Assembly (NCBI GenBank): GCA_043826565.1
Contig: JBDRPX010000038.1
Location: forward strand, 6,334-70,333
Source of the DNA: Candidatus Omnitrophota bacterium
Lineage (GTDB): Bacteria > Omnitrophota > Gorgyraeia > B26-G9
Length of the DNA stretch: 64,000 bases
Direction: 5' to 3'
Shown here: positions 49,939 through 59,492 of the stretch, one piece after another
Layout: every line of letters starts with the position of its first letter
Position numbering within the stretch: position 1 is the stretch's first letter
Notes under the pieces: generated by a model
The model's database searches: none
The model's input: only the letters and a program-made list of their open reading frames with translations
Told to the model about the DNA's origin: nothing
Position numbers and translations under genes: made by a program

Positions 49939-50622
49939 TTATCTCTGCCGGGCAAAAGTAAAAGTTGTTATTTTTTCTGCTCCGGCAATTTTTAAAATGC
50001 GGGAGCATTCATTTAGAGTAGCTCCGGTTGTAAATATATCATCAACTAGAAGTATTTTTTTATTTTTAAATAAATGATCTTTTGTGCACTTAAATGCATT
50101 GCCGACATTAGCCAGCCGTTCTTTTCTGGATAAATCAAACTGCGATCCAGTTTTTTTAATTCTAAGTAAGCTGCCGCATGAACAAGGGATATTAAAACGC
50201 CGGCCTATCGTGTTGGCCAAAATCTGCGCTTGGTTAAAGCCGCGTGTAGAAAATTTCGCTCTATGCAAAGGTACAGCAACTATAACATCCAGATCATTTG
50301 TATTTATATGCTTATCTAAAAATGAAGCCATTAATTCAGCCAATGCTTTTGCTAACCGTGTTTTTCTTCGATATTTAATCAAGTGTAAGCATTTGCGGGC
50401 TATCCCGCTATATGCAAATACACTTAAAGTTTTTTCAAAAAAGAACTGCTTGTTTTTTCTGGAAATACAAACAGGCAGCCCGGTTTTTTCTAGCCTAGCC
50501 AAGCAGTCTTTGCAAATATCCTGATCCTGAGGGCTGATTTTAATTTTACAAATCGGGCAAAATGCCGGAAAAATTATGTTTAGTAAATAATTAAGATAAG
50601 AATTTATTTTTAATAACCACAT
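49939..50622 (-). CDS. comF: ComF family protein (zinc ribbon + PRTase)
   Basis: CPIC...CKDC, VPLH, RGFNQA, LLVDDIFTTGAT. Confidence 0.93.
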   Translation of the reverse strand: MWLLKINSYLNYLLNIIFPAFCPICKIKISPQDQDICKDCLARLEKTGLPVCISRKNKQFFFEKTLSVFAYSGIARKCLHLIKYRRKTRLAKALAELMASFLDKHINTNDLDVIVAVPLHRAKFSTRGFNQAQILANTIGRRFNIPCSCGSLLRIKKTGSQFDLSRKERLANVGNAFKCTKDHLFKNKKILLVDDIFTTGATLNECSRILKIAGAEKITTFTFARQR

Positions 50623-50648
50623 AGTTTAATAATGTTAACTAAGTCTTT

Positions 50649-50677
50649 AATATAACACAAATAAGAACATTTTTCAA
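50649..50677 (-). promoter_or_regulatory. sigma70 promoter for comF-lptF-lptG
   Basis: Minus strand TTGAAA-N17-TATATT with TGn. Confidence 0.6.
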
Positions 50678-50714
50678 ATAGGCAATCTGAATTTGCCGGG
50701 ATAGGAAGAACTGG

Positions 50715-50761
50715 AAAATAAATTCCCTATGCCAAAATATTTATCGGCATAGGGAATTTTT
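50715..50761 (-). terminator. Intrinsic terminator after the GT2 gene (potentially bidirectional)
   Basis: AAATTCCCTATGCC-N12-GGCATAGGGAATTT perfect 14-bp stem. Confidence 0.85.
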
Positions 50762-50784
50762 AAATTACCCGGACATTAGTATAT

Positions 50785-51939
50785 TTAAAAACTGGGCTCA
50801 ATACAAAATGTTTTAAATTCTCTTGAGCGCTGTAAGCCGCCTTTTATGAACATCAGGTTAGTCATATATTTCATTTTGCACCAGGTAAAGAAATGCTTAC
50901 GCGGCTCCATAATAAAACAGTAATGGAAAAAGCGCTTAGCCAGAAACAGCGTGATCAAGGCGCTGATACTCGCTGTAATCAGAAGTGCTTGTCCGCCGAT
51001 TCCCAAAGCTAGGAGGATGGCACTTATAATAGCTAAAAGCCCAGTAACATGCATAATATGAAAATCACCGATGTAAATAAATCCTTTAATCGGAGAAGGT
51101 ATCTTGACCATCGGCATTTTCGGCCAGGCACCAAATGACTGGAATATAATGTCCATGTAATTTGAAGCATGTGCTGCCAATAGAGGTGCATGAGCTTTTC
51201 CATAAGTTACCCACACTTTTTTAAGAGCCGGGAAGTCTGCCCGATGCATATGATCAACTTTGGCTTGTGGTGCGAAATAGAGTTTCCAGCCGTTTTGTTG
51301 TATTCTCAGGCCGAATTCAATATCCTCACCGGTGGGTTCTTTCCAGAATTCTGCCTTGGCCTGGTCAATAGCCTCTTTTCTATATGCGGCATTTGCCGTA
51401 ACGAAAAAGTAAGCCCGATGTCCCGCAATCTGAGTGGGGGATTTATCTGTTAATGGAGGGAAATATCCTTCCTCGATATGCCCATAGCGTGGGGCGACAC
51501 TATTAAATCTAAAATGTTCACAAAATAATTCGGTAAGGTTATTAGAATCAACTCGAAGAGTAAAAATTTCTCCGCCGACAATCCCGACTTTCGGGTCTTT
51601 GGCAAAAATTGCCAGCATTTCGGCTATCCAGTTTTCACACGGGGCACAGTCACCGTCGGTAAAAAAAATAAACTCACCCTTTACCGCTTTTAAGGCTTTA
51701 TTACGAGCGTATCCCGGGCAAGGGCAGTTAGGTACCTCAACCAGCTTTATGAACGGATGTTTGCTTTGCCATTCTTTAATTACATCAAGGGTTTTATCCG
51801 AGCTGCCTCCGTCAGAGATGACGATTTCCATCTTTTCCCGCGGATATTTAACGTTAAGTAAGTATTCAAAGGTTTTTCCCAGAGTTCGCTCAGCATTTCT
51901 CACGGGAACTATAATTGAAATAAAAGGTTCTATTGCCAC
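50785..51939 (-). CDS. Glycosyltransferase family 2 with C-terminal TM helices
   Basis: SIIVPVRN, DGGSSD, ARN, FTDGDC, GEDIEF; GGAGG RBS. Confidence 0.9.
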   Translation of the reverse strand: MAIEPFISIIVPVRNAERTLGKTFEYLLNVKYPREKMEIVISDGGSSDKTLDVIKEWQSKHPFIKLVEVPNCPCPGYARNKALKAVKGEFIFFTDGDCAPCENWIAEMLAIFAKDPKVGIVGGEIFTLRVDSNNLTELFCEHFRFNSVAPRYGHIEEGYFPPLTDKSPTQIAGHRAYFFVTANAAYRKEAIDQAKAEFWKEPTGEDIEFGLRIQQNGWKLYFAPQAKVDHMHRADFPALKKVWVTYGKAHAPLLAAHASNYMDIIFQSFGAWPKMPMVKIPSPIKGFIYIGDFHIMHVTGLLAIISAILLALGIGGQALLITASISALITLFLAKRFFHYCFIMEPRKHFFTWCKMKYMTNLMFIKGGLQRSREFKTFCIEPSF

Positions 51940-52000
51940 GATGACCTCCTTTTTGCACAGCTGGCTTTGTGCCAGCCGAAGTTAATATTTTAGCTGATTC

Positions 52001-52029
52001 ATTATAATTTTTAGTCTTAATAATGTCAA
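52001..52029 (-). promoter_or_regulatory. Consensus sigma70 promoter for GT2
   Basis: Minus strand TTGACA-N17-TATAAT (perfect). Confidence 0.85.
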
Positions 52030-52071
52030 GGAATAATAAGGCATTAGTTTTAATTTTTTTATTTTTTGCAA

Positions 52072-52100
52072 TTGACAATTTATTGAGCAAAGTGTATAAT
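52072..52100 (+). promoter_or_regulatory. Consensus sigma70 promoter for the TonB-like gene
   Basis: TTGACA-N17-TATAAT (perfect). Confidence 0.85.
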
Positions 52101-52132
52101 TTATTATCAGAAAAGGAGATAAAGATATCAGG

Positions 52133-52816
52133 ATGGAGCCAGGAGATAAACTATTTAAGACTACTTTTTTTATTTCTTTATTGTTTCACGCGTTTGTGTT
52201 GTTGCCGATCCCGGATTTGAATTCAAATAATCAGCATCAAGATACAACTCCGTATTTTCGTTATTTGAATATCAATGCTAATCAGGCATCTGATCTGAAA
52301 ATTAGCCAAAAAGCTAATATGGAAAAACAAGATGTTTCTTCCCAAAGAAAACGTATCGAAGCTAAAAAAACGCCACGAAAAACTGCGCAGAGAACAGCTA
52401 ATAAGCCGGCAAAAGACTTAACATCTATAAAGTCGCAAAATCAAGAAATTGCCGGGGAAACAGAGGTTCTTCCGGAACAGCAAATTATTACCAAAAACGA
52501 ACCAGTTAATAAGTCTTTAAAAAATGATAAAGCTTATATTAAATACTATGAGATTATAAATCAAAAATTGCGGGAATCTATAGTTTATCCTCAGTATTTC
52601 TCTGAGGGAGAGGTTTCTGTGTCATTCGTGGTTACTGCTGACGGAAAATTAATGAGCGTTGATGTTGTTAATGACAATTCTTCCGGGAATTCAATTCTTA
52701 GAGACACGGCTGTTCAAATAGTTGAAAAGGCCTCGCCGTTTCCTCCATTTCCGGAGAGTCTCCGGCGTATACAACTTACGTTTAATGTGGTTATTTGTTT
52801 TCGAGAACAAAGTTGA
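52133..52816 (+). CDS. TonB/TolA C-terminal domain protein
   Basis: SLLFH TM motif, charged linker, YP..EGEVSVSF..G..SSGNSILRDTA..ASPFPPFP. Confidence 0.85.
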   Translation: MEPGDKLFKTTFFISLLFHAFVLLPIPDLNSNNQHQDTTPYFRYLNINANQASDLKISQKANMEKQDVSSQRKRIEAKKTPRKTAQRTANKPAKDLTSIKSQNQEIAGETEVLPEQQIITKNEPVNKSLKNDKAYIKYYEIINQKLRESIVYPQYFSEGEVSVSFVVTADGKLMSVDVVNDNSSGNSILRDTAVQIVEKASPFPPFPESLRRIQLTFNVVICFREQS

Positions 52817-52851
52817 ATATCTTTTCGTTCAATTGATCTCCAAAGGTAGGT

Positions 52852-53586
52852 ATGTACGGAAAAAGAGTATATCGGTCTTCTGTCAAAAATTCCGGTTTGT
52901 TGAAGTTTCGAGTGCAGTATTATGAAAGCGATCTATTTATATGCGCAGAAAGTAATTTACAATCAAAAGCAAAGGAATTGCTGGTTTTTTACCATTCGTT
53001 AATCAGTAAATACATTGAACATAATCAGGTATTTGCAAATTCATTAACTCCTGTCGCGGTAGATGTTCAAGCTCCGCTTATCGTGGAAAACATGATAAAT
53101 GCGGCATTGAAGGCCGAGGTGGGGCCGATGGCCTGTGTGGCCGGAGCTATTGCTGAATTTGTGGGTAATGATTTGCTTAAATATTCCAAAGAAATTATCG
53201 TAGAGAATGGAGGGGATATATTTTTATCCATCAAAGAACCGAGAAGAGTAGGCATTTTTGCCGGGGTTAACAGTATTTATAATAAAATTGCTTTACGTTT
53301 TACTCCTGAAAAAACTCCTTGCGGTATATGCACTTCCAGCGGGACAATCGGACATTCATTAAGTTTTGGGTCAACTATGGCCACGGTTATAATAGCTGAT
53401 TCTGCTCTTGTTGCTGACGGTTTTGCAACTGCCATAGCAAATAGAGTTAAATCTGATGAAGATATCCCGATAGTGCTCGAGAGAATTAAATTTGAAAGGT
53501 TAATAAAAGCGGCAGTAATAATTACGGCTAAAGAGTTTGCCGTGCACGGCGATATAGAGTTGGAGATTCTTGACAAAGCGCTCTAG
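52852..53586 (+). CDS. UPF0280 (ApbE-like) protein
   Basis: VGPMACVAGAIA, IVENGGDIF, GICTSSGTIGHSLSFG, ADGFATA. Confidence 0.9.
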   Translation: MYGKRVYRSSVKNSGLLKFRVQYYESDLFICAESNLQSKAKELLVFYHSLISKYIEHNQVFANSLTPVAVDVQAPLIVENMINAALKAEVGPMACVAGAIAEFVGNDLLKYSKEIIVENGGDIFLSIKEPRRVGIFAGVNSIYNKIALRFTPEKTPCGICTSSGTIGHSLSFGSTMATVIIADSALVADGFATAIANRVKSDEDIPIVLERIKFERLIKAAVIITAKEFAVHGDIELEILDKAL

Positions 53587-53598
53587 CGTTGCTATAAT
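53570..53598 (+). promoter_or_regulatory. Consensus sigma70 promoter overlapping the end of the UPF0280 gene
   Basis: TTGACA-N17-TATAAT with TGn. Confidence 0.8.
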
Positions 53599-53662
53599 AA
53601 TTCTACTTTTCTTAAATTTTACATAAAAACCTCTAAAAAACGCATAGGAATATATAACCACT

Positions 53663-56281
53663 ATGAAACAAAAAATTTACTTTTTCCTGTTGCTGATTAT
53701 TATTGTGTATTCTGTTGTTGCTCCAGCAAATGCAGCCGGCATAGATAACCGGTCTGAACTTTCCAAAAACTCAATAAAAATTGAAAAATTTAAACTTAAA
53801 AATGGTCTGACTGTTCTCATTCAGGAAAATCACAATTCGAAACTTGCTGCTTTTGAAATGCTTGTTAAAACCGGTAGTTTGTCTGAAGGTCAAAAGCAAG
53901 GTTCGGGAATTGCGCATCTTATTGAGCATATGTTGTTTAAAGGCACTCCTACGCGCCCGCAGGGGAAGATAGAGGATGAAGTAAGGTCTCTAGGCGGTAG
54001 TATTAACGGCTATACAGCGCACCAGTTTACGGGGTTTCCTTTGGTTGTCCCCTCAGACAAAATAGACCATGGATTAAATCTTCTTCGCGATATGATTTTT
54101 AATCCGCAGTTTGACCCGGAGGAACTTCAAAAGGAAAAAGGTGTTATTTTAAGCGAAATACGGCTTAATCAAGATGACCCGCAAAGGTATTTAAACCGTA
54201 CTTTTTGGGAAACAATCTATGCAACTGCACCGTATAATTTTCCGGTTATCGGATTAGAAATATTATTTGTAAAATTAAAACAGGAAGATTTGCTTGAATT
54301 CCATCGCAAATGGTATATTCCCAATAATATGATAATCTCAATATCCGGTGATGTTAACACTTATTTAACTTTGGAAAAGGTTAAGAATATGTTCGGAAAT
54401 TTAGAAATGCAGGATTTTCCGCAACTTCTTCTGGATAAAACTCCGGAATTTCGTTCTCAAACAGAACTTGCGGAACCTTTTGACGTGAATGTTTCGTATC
54501 TGATGATTGGGTTTCCCAGTGTGAAAACAAATCATCAAGACGCAGCCTGTCTGGATATTATTGCCAGTATTTTGGGGCAGGGGCAGAGTTCCCGTTTACA
54601 TAAATCCCTTGTCGAAGATAAAAAACTTGCCTATTCTATCGAGGCCTATAATTATACTCCGGAGTTTCCGGGATTTTTTGCTGTTTCCTGCTTATTTGAT
54701 TATGAAAACCGTGAAATTATTAAGGAAAATATATTTTCGCAATTAGAGTTTCTGGAACGTGATAAAGGATTGGAAACAGAAATAGAGAAAGCAAAAAACA
54801 GCTACTTTAGTGAGTATTTGTTTTCCCAAAAAACAGTCCAGTCCCAAGCTCAAACGGCAGCTCATGATGAGGCATATTCCCAGGACCCTTATTTTTCACA
54901 AAAATATCTCAAAAGAATTTCCCGGGTTAGCGCACAAGATGTTCGGCGATGCGTCAGGGATTATTTCCAGCCTGAAAAAGTGGTGAGTATAATATTATTT
55001 CCTAAAGATATTGTTTTAGAAAAAGAAATTGAAAAAATGCAATCCACGGAGCCAATAAAAAAAATCATGCTGGATAATGGCTTGACAGTTTTATTGAAAA
55101 AAAATCCTGCCAGTGCTACGGTATCGTTACATGCGGTATTCGGCGGCGGGGTTAGAAGAGAGGATGAAACAAATAATGGATTGTTTAATTTGCTTAGTAA
55201 AATGTTAATCCGGGGAACAAAACATTATAATGGTAAACGAATAGCTGAAGAAATAGAATATATCGGGGGAGATGTATCTGTTTTTAGCGGATATAATAGT
55301 TTTGGCCTTAATCTGGAGATTCTTAGTAAGGATATTGATCAAGGACTTGATTTCTTTACGGAAATGGTTAGAAATTCGGTTTTTCCGGATAAAGAGTTTC
55401 AGGTGGAAAAACACCTGGCTCTTAAAAATATAGAAATTCAGAATGACGAAATTTTTCAAGACACATTTAATCGTTTAAAGGAAACACTTTTTGTTTTTTT
55501 GCCATATCATTTCACAAAAGTTGGTAAAAAAACTAGCGTAGATGCTATAACTCGTGAACAGCTTTTATCTTATTATCGTAAGTTTTGCGTTCCGAATAAT
55601 ACGGTGATCTCAGTTTTTGGGGATATTGATCCGGAAAAAATAGAGATACTATTGAAGAAAAACTTTTCTAACTGGAAACCAGGCCAAATAGAAAAACAGG
55701 TTTATCCTGATCTCCTGCCGCAGGAAAAGCAAAGAATTGTAAGAAATGAACGGGATAAAAAACAGGCCGTTGTTATGATTGGGTTCCCGGGGGTTCAGTT
55801 GCATAACCGGGAACGATTTGGGTTGTTATTTTTAAGCCGTGTTTTAAGTGCTCCCGGGTCGGTATTGTATCAAAGAATACGTGACGAATTGGGGCTTGCT
55901 TATAGTTTGGGCGGCGATGTGGTTAGTGGTTTAGACGGCGGGTATTTTTATATTTACGTTGCGACGACTCCTGCAAATACAGAGCAGGTTACTAAGATTG
56001 TTTTTGAGGAAATTGAAAAAATTAAGAAACAGATGCTGAGTGACCAAGTAATCGAGACTACGAAGAGCGATTTGATCGGACAACACCGATTACAGCGGGA
56101 AGCAGATTCTGAACTGAGTTTTATTTGTTCGCTAGAGGAGCTTTTTGGCCTAGGCTATGATTATTATAATAAGATCGAAGAAGAAATAAAAATACTTGAT
56201 GCCCAGACATTAAATCTTTTAGCTAATAAATATTTAAATATTGATAAGAGTGTTGTTGTTGTAACGAAAAGTGAATTCTAA
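53663..56281 (+). CDS. Exported double-domain M16 zinc peptidase (PqqL-like)
   Basis: Signal peptide; HLIEHMLFKG in the N-half; second half lacks HxxEH; two RxxxGLAY-type motifs. Confidence 0.9.
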   Translation: MKQKIYFFLLLIIIVYSVVAPANAAGIDNRSELSKNSIKIEKFKLKNGLTVLIQENHNSKLAAFEMLVKTGSLSEGQKQGSGIAHLIEHMLFKGTPTRPQGKIEDEVRSLGGSINGYTAHQFTGFPLVVPSDKIDHGLNLLRDMIFNPQFDPEELQKEKGVILSEIRLNQDDPQRYLNRTFWETIYATAPYNFPVIGLEILFVKLKQEDLLEFHRKWYIPNNMIISISGDVNTYLTLEKVKNMFGNLEMQDFPQLLLDKTPEFRSQTELAEPFDVNVSYLMIGFPSVKTNHQDAACLDIIASILGQGQSSRLHKSLVEDKKLAYSIEAYNYTPEFPGFFAVSCLFDYENREIIKENIFSQLEFLERDKGLETEIEKAKNSYFSEYLFSQKTVQSQAQTAAHDEAYSQDPYFSQKYLKRISRVSAQDVRRCVRDYFQPEKVVSIILFPKDIVLEKEIEKMQSTEPIKKIMLDNGLTVLLKKNPASATVSLHAVFGGGVRREDETNNGLFNLLSKMLIRGTKHYNGKRIAEEIEYIGGDVSVFSGYNSFGLNLEILSKDIDQGLDFFTEMVRNSVFPDKEFQVEKHLALKNIEIQNDEIFQDTFNRLKETLFVFLPYHFTKVGKKTSVDAITREQLLSYYRKFCVPNNTVISVFGDIDPEKIEILLKKNFSNWKPGQIEKQVYPDLLPQEKQRIVRNERDKKQAVVMIGFPGVQLHNRERFGLLFLSRVLSAPGSVLYQRIRDELGLAYSLGGDVVSGLDGGYFYIYVATTPANTEQVTKIVFEEIEKIKKQMLSDQVIETTKSDLIGQHRLQREADSELSFICSLEELFGLGYDYYNKIEEEIKILDAQTLNLLANKYLNIDKSVVVVTKSEF

Positions 56282-57201
56282 TGATAAGTATTTCTACGGC
56301 ATGGAACTCTAGCATTGATAATGTTAACGGTAATTTAATCGTTGATCAAATAAAGGAAATCGGAGTTAGGAATATTGAGCTTGGATTTAGCCTTTCCGCC
56401 AAGACTGTAGATGAAATAATTAACCGGCAAAAATCAGGCGAAATAGTGATCACAAGTGTGCATAATTTTTGCCCGGTACCGGAAGGTTTTGATCTTTCTA
56501 CGTTTACCCCTGATTTTTACTCTTTATCCAGCGATCAGTCAGAGCAGAGAAAGAAGGCGGTTGATCTTACGAAGGAGTCTATAAATACTGCGTCTTTTGT
56601 GCAGGCTAAGGCTTTGGTATTGCATTCCGGCAGAGTCGAAATGCCGCAAAGAACTAAGACATTAATAGAGTTGTATGAGCGGGGATTAAAAGGTCAGCCT
56701 GAGTTCGAAAAATATTTTTCTTCAATGCGGGAAGAACGGGCAAATAAAAGCCCGGTATTTTTGAAATCAATAATTAACAGTTTGGAAGAGCTGCTGCCTT
56801 TTGCAAAAAAAAGAGGGGTAAATATTTGTCTGGAAAATAGATTCTATTATCGTGAGATTCCTTCATTAACTGAATTTGAGGAAATTTTTGATTATTTTTC
56901 CGGAGCGGACAATTTGTTTTACTGGCATGATTGCGGACATGCTCAAGTTGCGGGAAATTTGGGCTTTGCCAAGCATTCTGAATATCTTGAGCGGTATGGA
57001 AATAAAATGCTGGGGATCCATCTGCATGATGTTACTGGGGCAAAAGACCATCAGGCTCCGGGGCTGGGAAATTTAAATTTTTCTGTGTTAAAACCCTATC
57101 TTAATGGTGATATAATACAAGTTATTGAGGTACACCAGCCGACTACTTCCCGGCAAATTAAGGAAGGTATTGAGCATTTGCGGGAAATCGGGATTGTTTA
57201 A
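56281..57201 (+). CDS. Sugar-phosphate isomerase/epimerase (AP endonuclease 2-like TIM barrel)
   Basis: SVHNFCP, CLENR, WHDCGH, IHLHD, DHQAPG. Confidence 0.8.
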   Translation: MISISTAWNSSIDNVNGNLIVDQIKEIGVRNIELGFSLSAKTVDEIINRQKSGEIVITSVHNFCPVPEGFDLSTFTPDFYSLSSDQSEQRKKAVDLTKESINTASFVQAKALVLHSGRVEMPQRTKTLIELYERGLKGQPEFEKYFSSMREERANKSPVFLKSIINSLEELLPFAKKRGVNICLENRFYYREIPSLTEFEEIFDYFSGADNLFYWHDCGHAQVAGNLGFAKHSEYLERYGNKMLGIHLHDVTGAKDHQAPGLGNLNFSVLKPYLNGDIIQVIEVHQPTTSRQIKEGIEHLREIGIV

Positions 57202-57224
57202 AATAATGACCAGAAAGATTAATT

Positions 57225-58031
57225 ATGGATAGAAAAGCTGTTGTTGCCGGTCATTTTTACTCGAATGATAAAAATACGTTGCGGGAAGATATTGCGAGGT
57301 TAACCGCAGAAACTGGAGCGCAGAAAAAGAAGGCGATAGCTGCGATTATGCCTCATGCCGGGTATGTTTATTCCGGGGTAGTTGCGGGAAAAACCATTGC
57401 AGAACTGGAAGTCCCGGATACTGTAGTAATCATGGGCCCGAACCATACCGGCTTAGGCAAACCTTATAGTATTGTAACTTCCGGAGTTTGGGAAACTCCG
57501 TTAGGCCAGACTTTTATCGACGAGAATTTAGCGAGTTTAATAGTCGGTAATTCTCAATTTATTGAAGAGGACGAAAGTGCTCATATGTATGAGCATTGTA
57601 TTGAGGTTGAGATTCCCTTTTTTCAATATATAAACAAAAATATTAATATTGTACCCATGGTGATCAATGATTTAATATTGAAATCGTTTAAAATTGTGGG
57701 GGAAGATATTGCGCGGGCAATTGGGGAATTCAAGAAGCCTGTTTTAATTGTTGCCAGTTCGGATATGACGCATTATGAACCTCAAGCTCAGGCCCAGGAA
57801 AAAGATCGGGAAGCAATTGATTGCATCCTCGAACTTAATCCTGAAAAATTGCATGAGGTAGTTATGAGGCGTAATATCTCTATGTGCGGGTTTGCTCCGG
57901 TTTGTGTAGCACTGTATGCGTGTAAATCATTAAATGCTCAAGCCGGAAACTTAGTGGCCTATCAGACCAGCGGAGATTTTTCCGGAGATTATGATAGTGT
58001 TGTCGGTTATGCGGGAATAATAATAAGTTAA
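57225..58031 (+). CDS. amrB: MEMO1 family (AmmeMemoRadiSam protein B)
   Basis: VAGHFY, PHAGYVYSG, GPNHTG, EHCIE, ASSDMTHY, SMCG, VVGYAG. Confidence 0.93.
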   Translation: MDRKAVVAGHFYSNDKNTLREDIARLTAETGAQKKKAIAAIMPHAGYVYSGVVAGKTIAELEVPDTVVIMGPNHTGLGKPYSIVTSGVWETPLGQTFIDENLASLIVGNSQFIEEDESAHMYEHCIEVEIPFFQYINKNINIVPMVINDLILKSFKIVGEDIARAIGEFKKPVLIVASSDMTHYEPQAQAQEKDREAIDCILELNPEKLHEVVMRRNISMCGFAPVCVALYACKSLNAQAGNLVAYQTSGDFSGDYDSVVGYAGIIIS

Positions 58032-58045
58032 TAAGGAGTTTGATT

Positions 58046-58390
58046 ATGGATGAAAAACATGTTGATGAAAGCTGGAAGGAGCAGGTAGAAAAAGACAAGG
58101 TTGGGGCTCATGAAGAACCGGAAAGTCAGGCCCCGGAGCAGGAAATGCCGCCGGTAAGCTTTGCTTTATTTATCTCAAGCTTAGGGATGCAGGCGCTGAT
58201 GTCTTTAGGTGAAATTGAAAATCCGATGACAAATCAAAAAGAGGTGGATATTAATCAGGCTAAATATTTGATTGATACTATGGAGATGCTTGCCCAAAAA
58301 ACAACCGGGAATTTATCTGAAGAAGAAAATAAAATTGTTGATCAGTTATTGTATGAGCTGCGCATGAAATTTATCAGCTTAAATAAATAA
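58046..58390 (+). CDS. DUF1844 family protein
   Basis: VDESWKEQV, LG..NP, AKYLID..KTTGNLS.EE, LYELRMKF. Confidence 0.85.
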   Translation: MDEKHVDESWKEQVEKDKVGAHEEPESQAPEQEMPPVSFALFISSLGMQALMSLGEIENPMTNQKEVDINQAKYLIDTMEMLAQKTTGNLSEEENKIVDQLLYELRMKFISLNK

Positions 58391-58394
58391 CTCA

Positions 58395-58423
58395 TTGAAA
58401 AATAAGGATGTTAAGTTTATAAT
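58395..58423 (+). promoter_or_regulatory. recA promoter
   Basis: TTGAAA-N17-TATAAT. Confidence 0.75.
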
Positions 58424-58443
58424 AGTTAACCTTGGAGGAAAAG

Positions 58444-59484
58444 ATGGAAAAGAAAAGCACGAAAGTCGTTAAAGAAGATTCTAAACCGACGGACGAGAAG
58501 CTAAAAGCATTAGATCTTGCGCTTAGCCAGATAGAAAAACAGTTCGGAAAAGGTTCAATCATGAGACTTGGACAAGACTCCCGGTTAAATGTCGCCTCAA
58601 TTCCCACGGGATCACTGTCTTTGGATATCGCATTGGGAATTGGCGGATTCCCTCGTGGAAGAGTAGTTGAAGTTTACGGTCCGGAGTCAAGCGGTAAAAC
58701 AACATTAAGTATAAGTGTGGCTGCGCAGGCGCAGAAACTTGGAGGCGTAGCAGCTTTTATTGATGCTGAGCACGCATTTGATCCTACTTATGCTAAGAAA
58801 CTGGGAATAAATCTTGATGAATTGCTGATTTCACAGCCGGATACCGGCGAACAGGCCTTGGAAATTGCCGAAACCTTAGTAAGAAGTAATGCGGTGGATG
58901 TTATTATTATTGACTCGGTTGCGGCACTTACGCCTAAAGCTGAGATTGAAGGTGATATGGGTGATTCCCATATGGGGTTACAAGCACGTCTTATGTCACA
59001 AGCTTTAAGAAAGCTTACGGCGGCAATATCTAAATCAAAAACTTGTGTTATCTTTATTAATCAAATTCGTATGAAGATCGGCGTTATGTTTGGAAACCCG
59101 GAAACAACTACGGGTGGAAATGCCTTAAAGTTTTATGCATCGGTCAGGCTCGATATAAGACGGATTGAAACATTGAAACTGTCAGATGTTGTTGTCGGCA
59201 GCCGCGTGCGTGTTAAGGTGGTAAAAAATAAAGTAGCTGCGCCGTTCCGGCAAGCTGAATTTGAAATCAACTATAAAGAAGGCCTTTCCCGCGAATCAGA
59301 TATTCTTGATATGGCAATCCGTCATGAATTAGTCCAGAAATCAGGTGCTTGGTTTAATTGCGGAGATGAAAAACTCGGACAAGGAAGAGAAGCGGCCAAA
59401 GAAACATTGCGTAATAATGCAAAGCTTACCAATGAATTAGAAAAAAAGATAAAAGAAAAAGTTTCTTTAGATAAAGATAATTGA
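58444..59484 (+). CDS. recA: Recombinase A
   Basis: [37 protein letters not shown]. Confidence 0.99.
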   Translation: MEKKSTKVVKEDSKPTDEKLKALDLALSQIEKQFGKGSIMRLGQDSRLNVASIPTGSLSLDIALGIGGFPRGRVVEVYGPESSGKTTLSISVAAQAQKLGGVAAFIDAEHAFDPTYAKKLGINLDELLISQPDTGEQALEIAETLVRSNAVDVIIIDSVAALTPKAEIEGDMGDSHMGLQARLMSQALRKLTAAISKSKTCVIFINQIRMKIGVMFGNPETTTGGNALKFYASVRLDIRRIETLKLSDVVVGSRVRVKVVKNKVAAPFRQAEFEINYKEGLSRESDILDMAIRHELVQKSGAWFNCGDEKLGQGREAAKETLRNNAKLTNELEKKIKEKVSLDKDN

Positions 59485-59492
59485 TCTATAAA

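Noticed and set aside
58405-58432. TAGTTAAC shared by the recA and comF promoter regions as a possible LexA-type box
   Set aside because: Short AT-rich match at different offsets; not distinguishable from chance without genome-wide motif analysis
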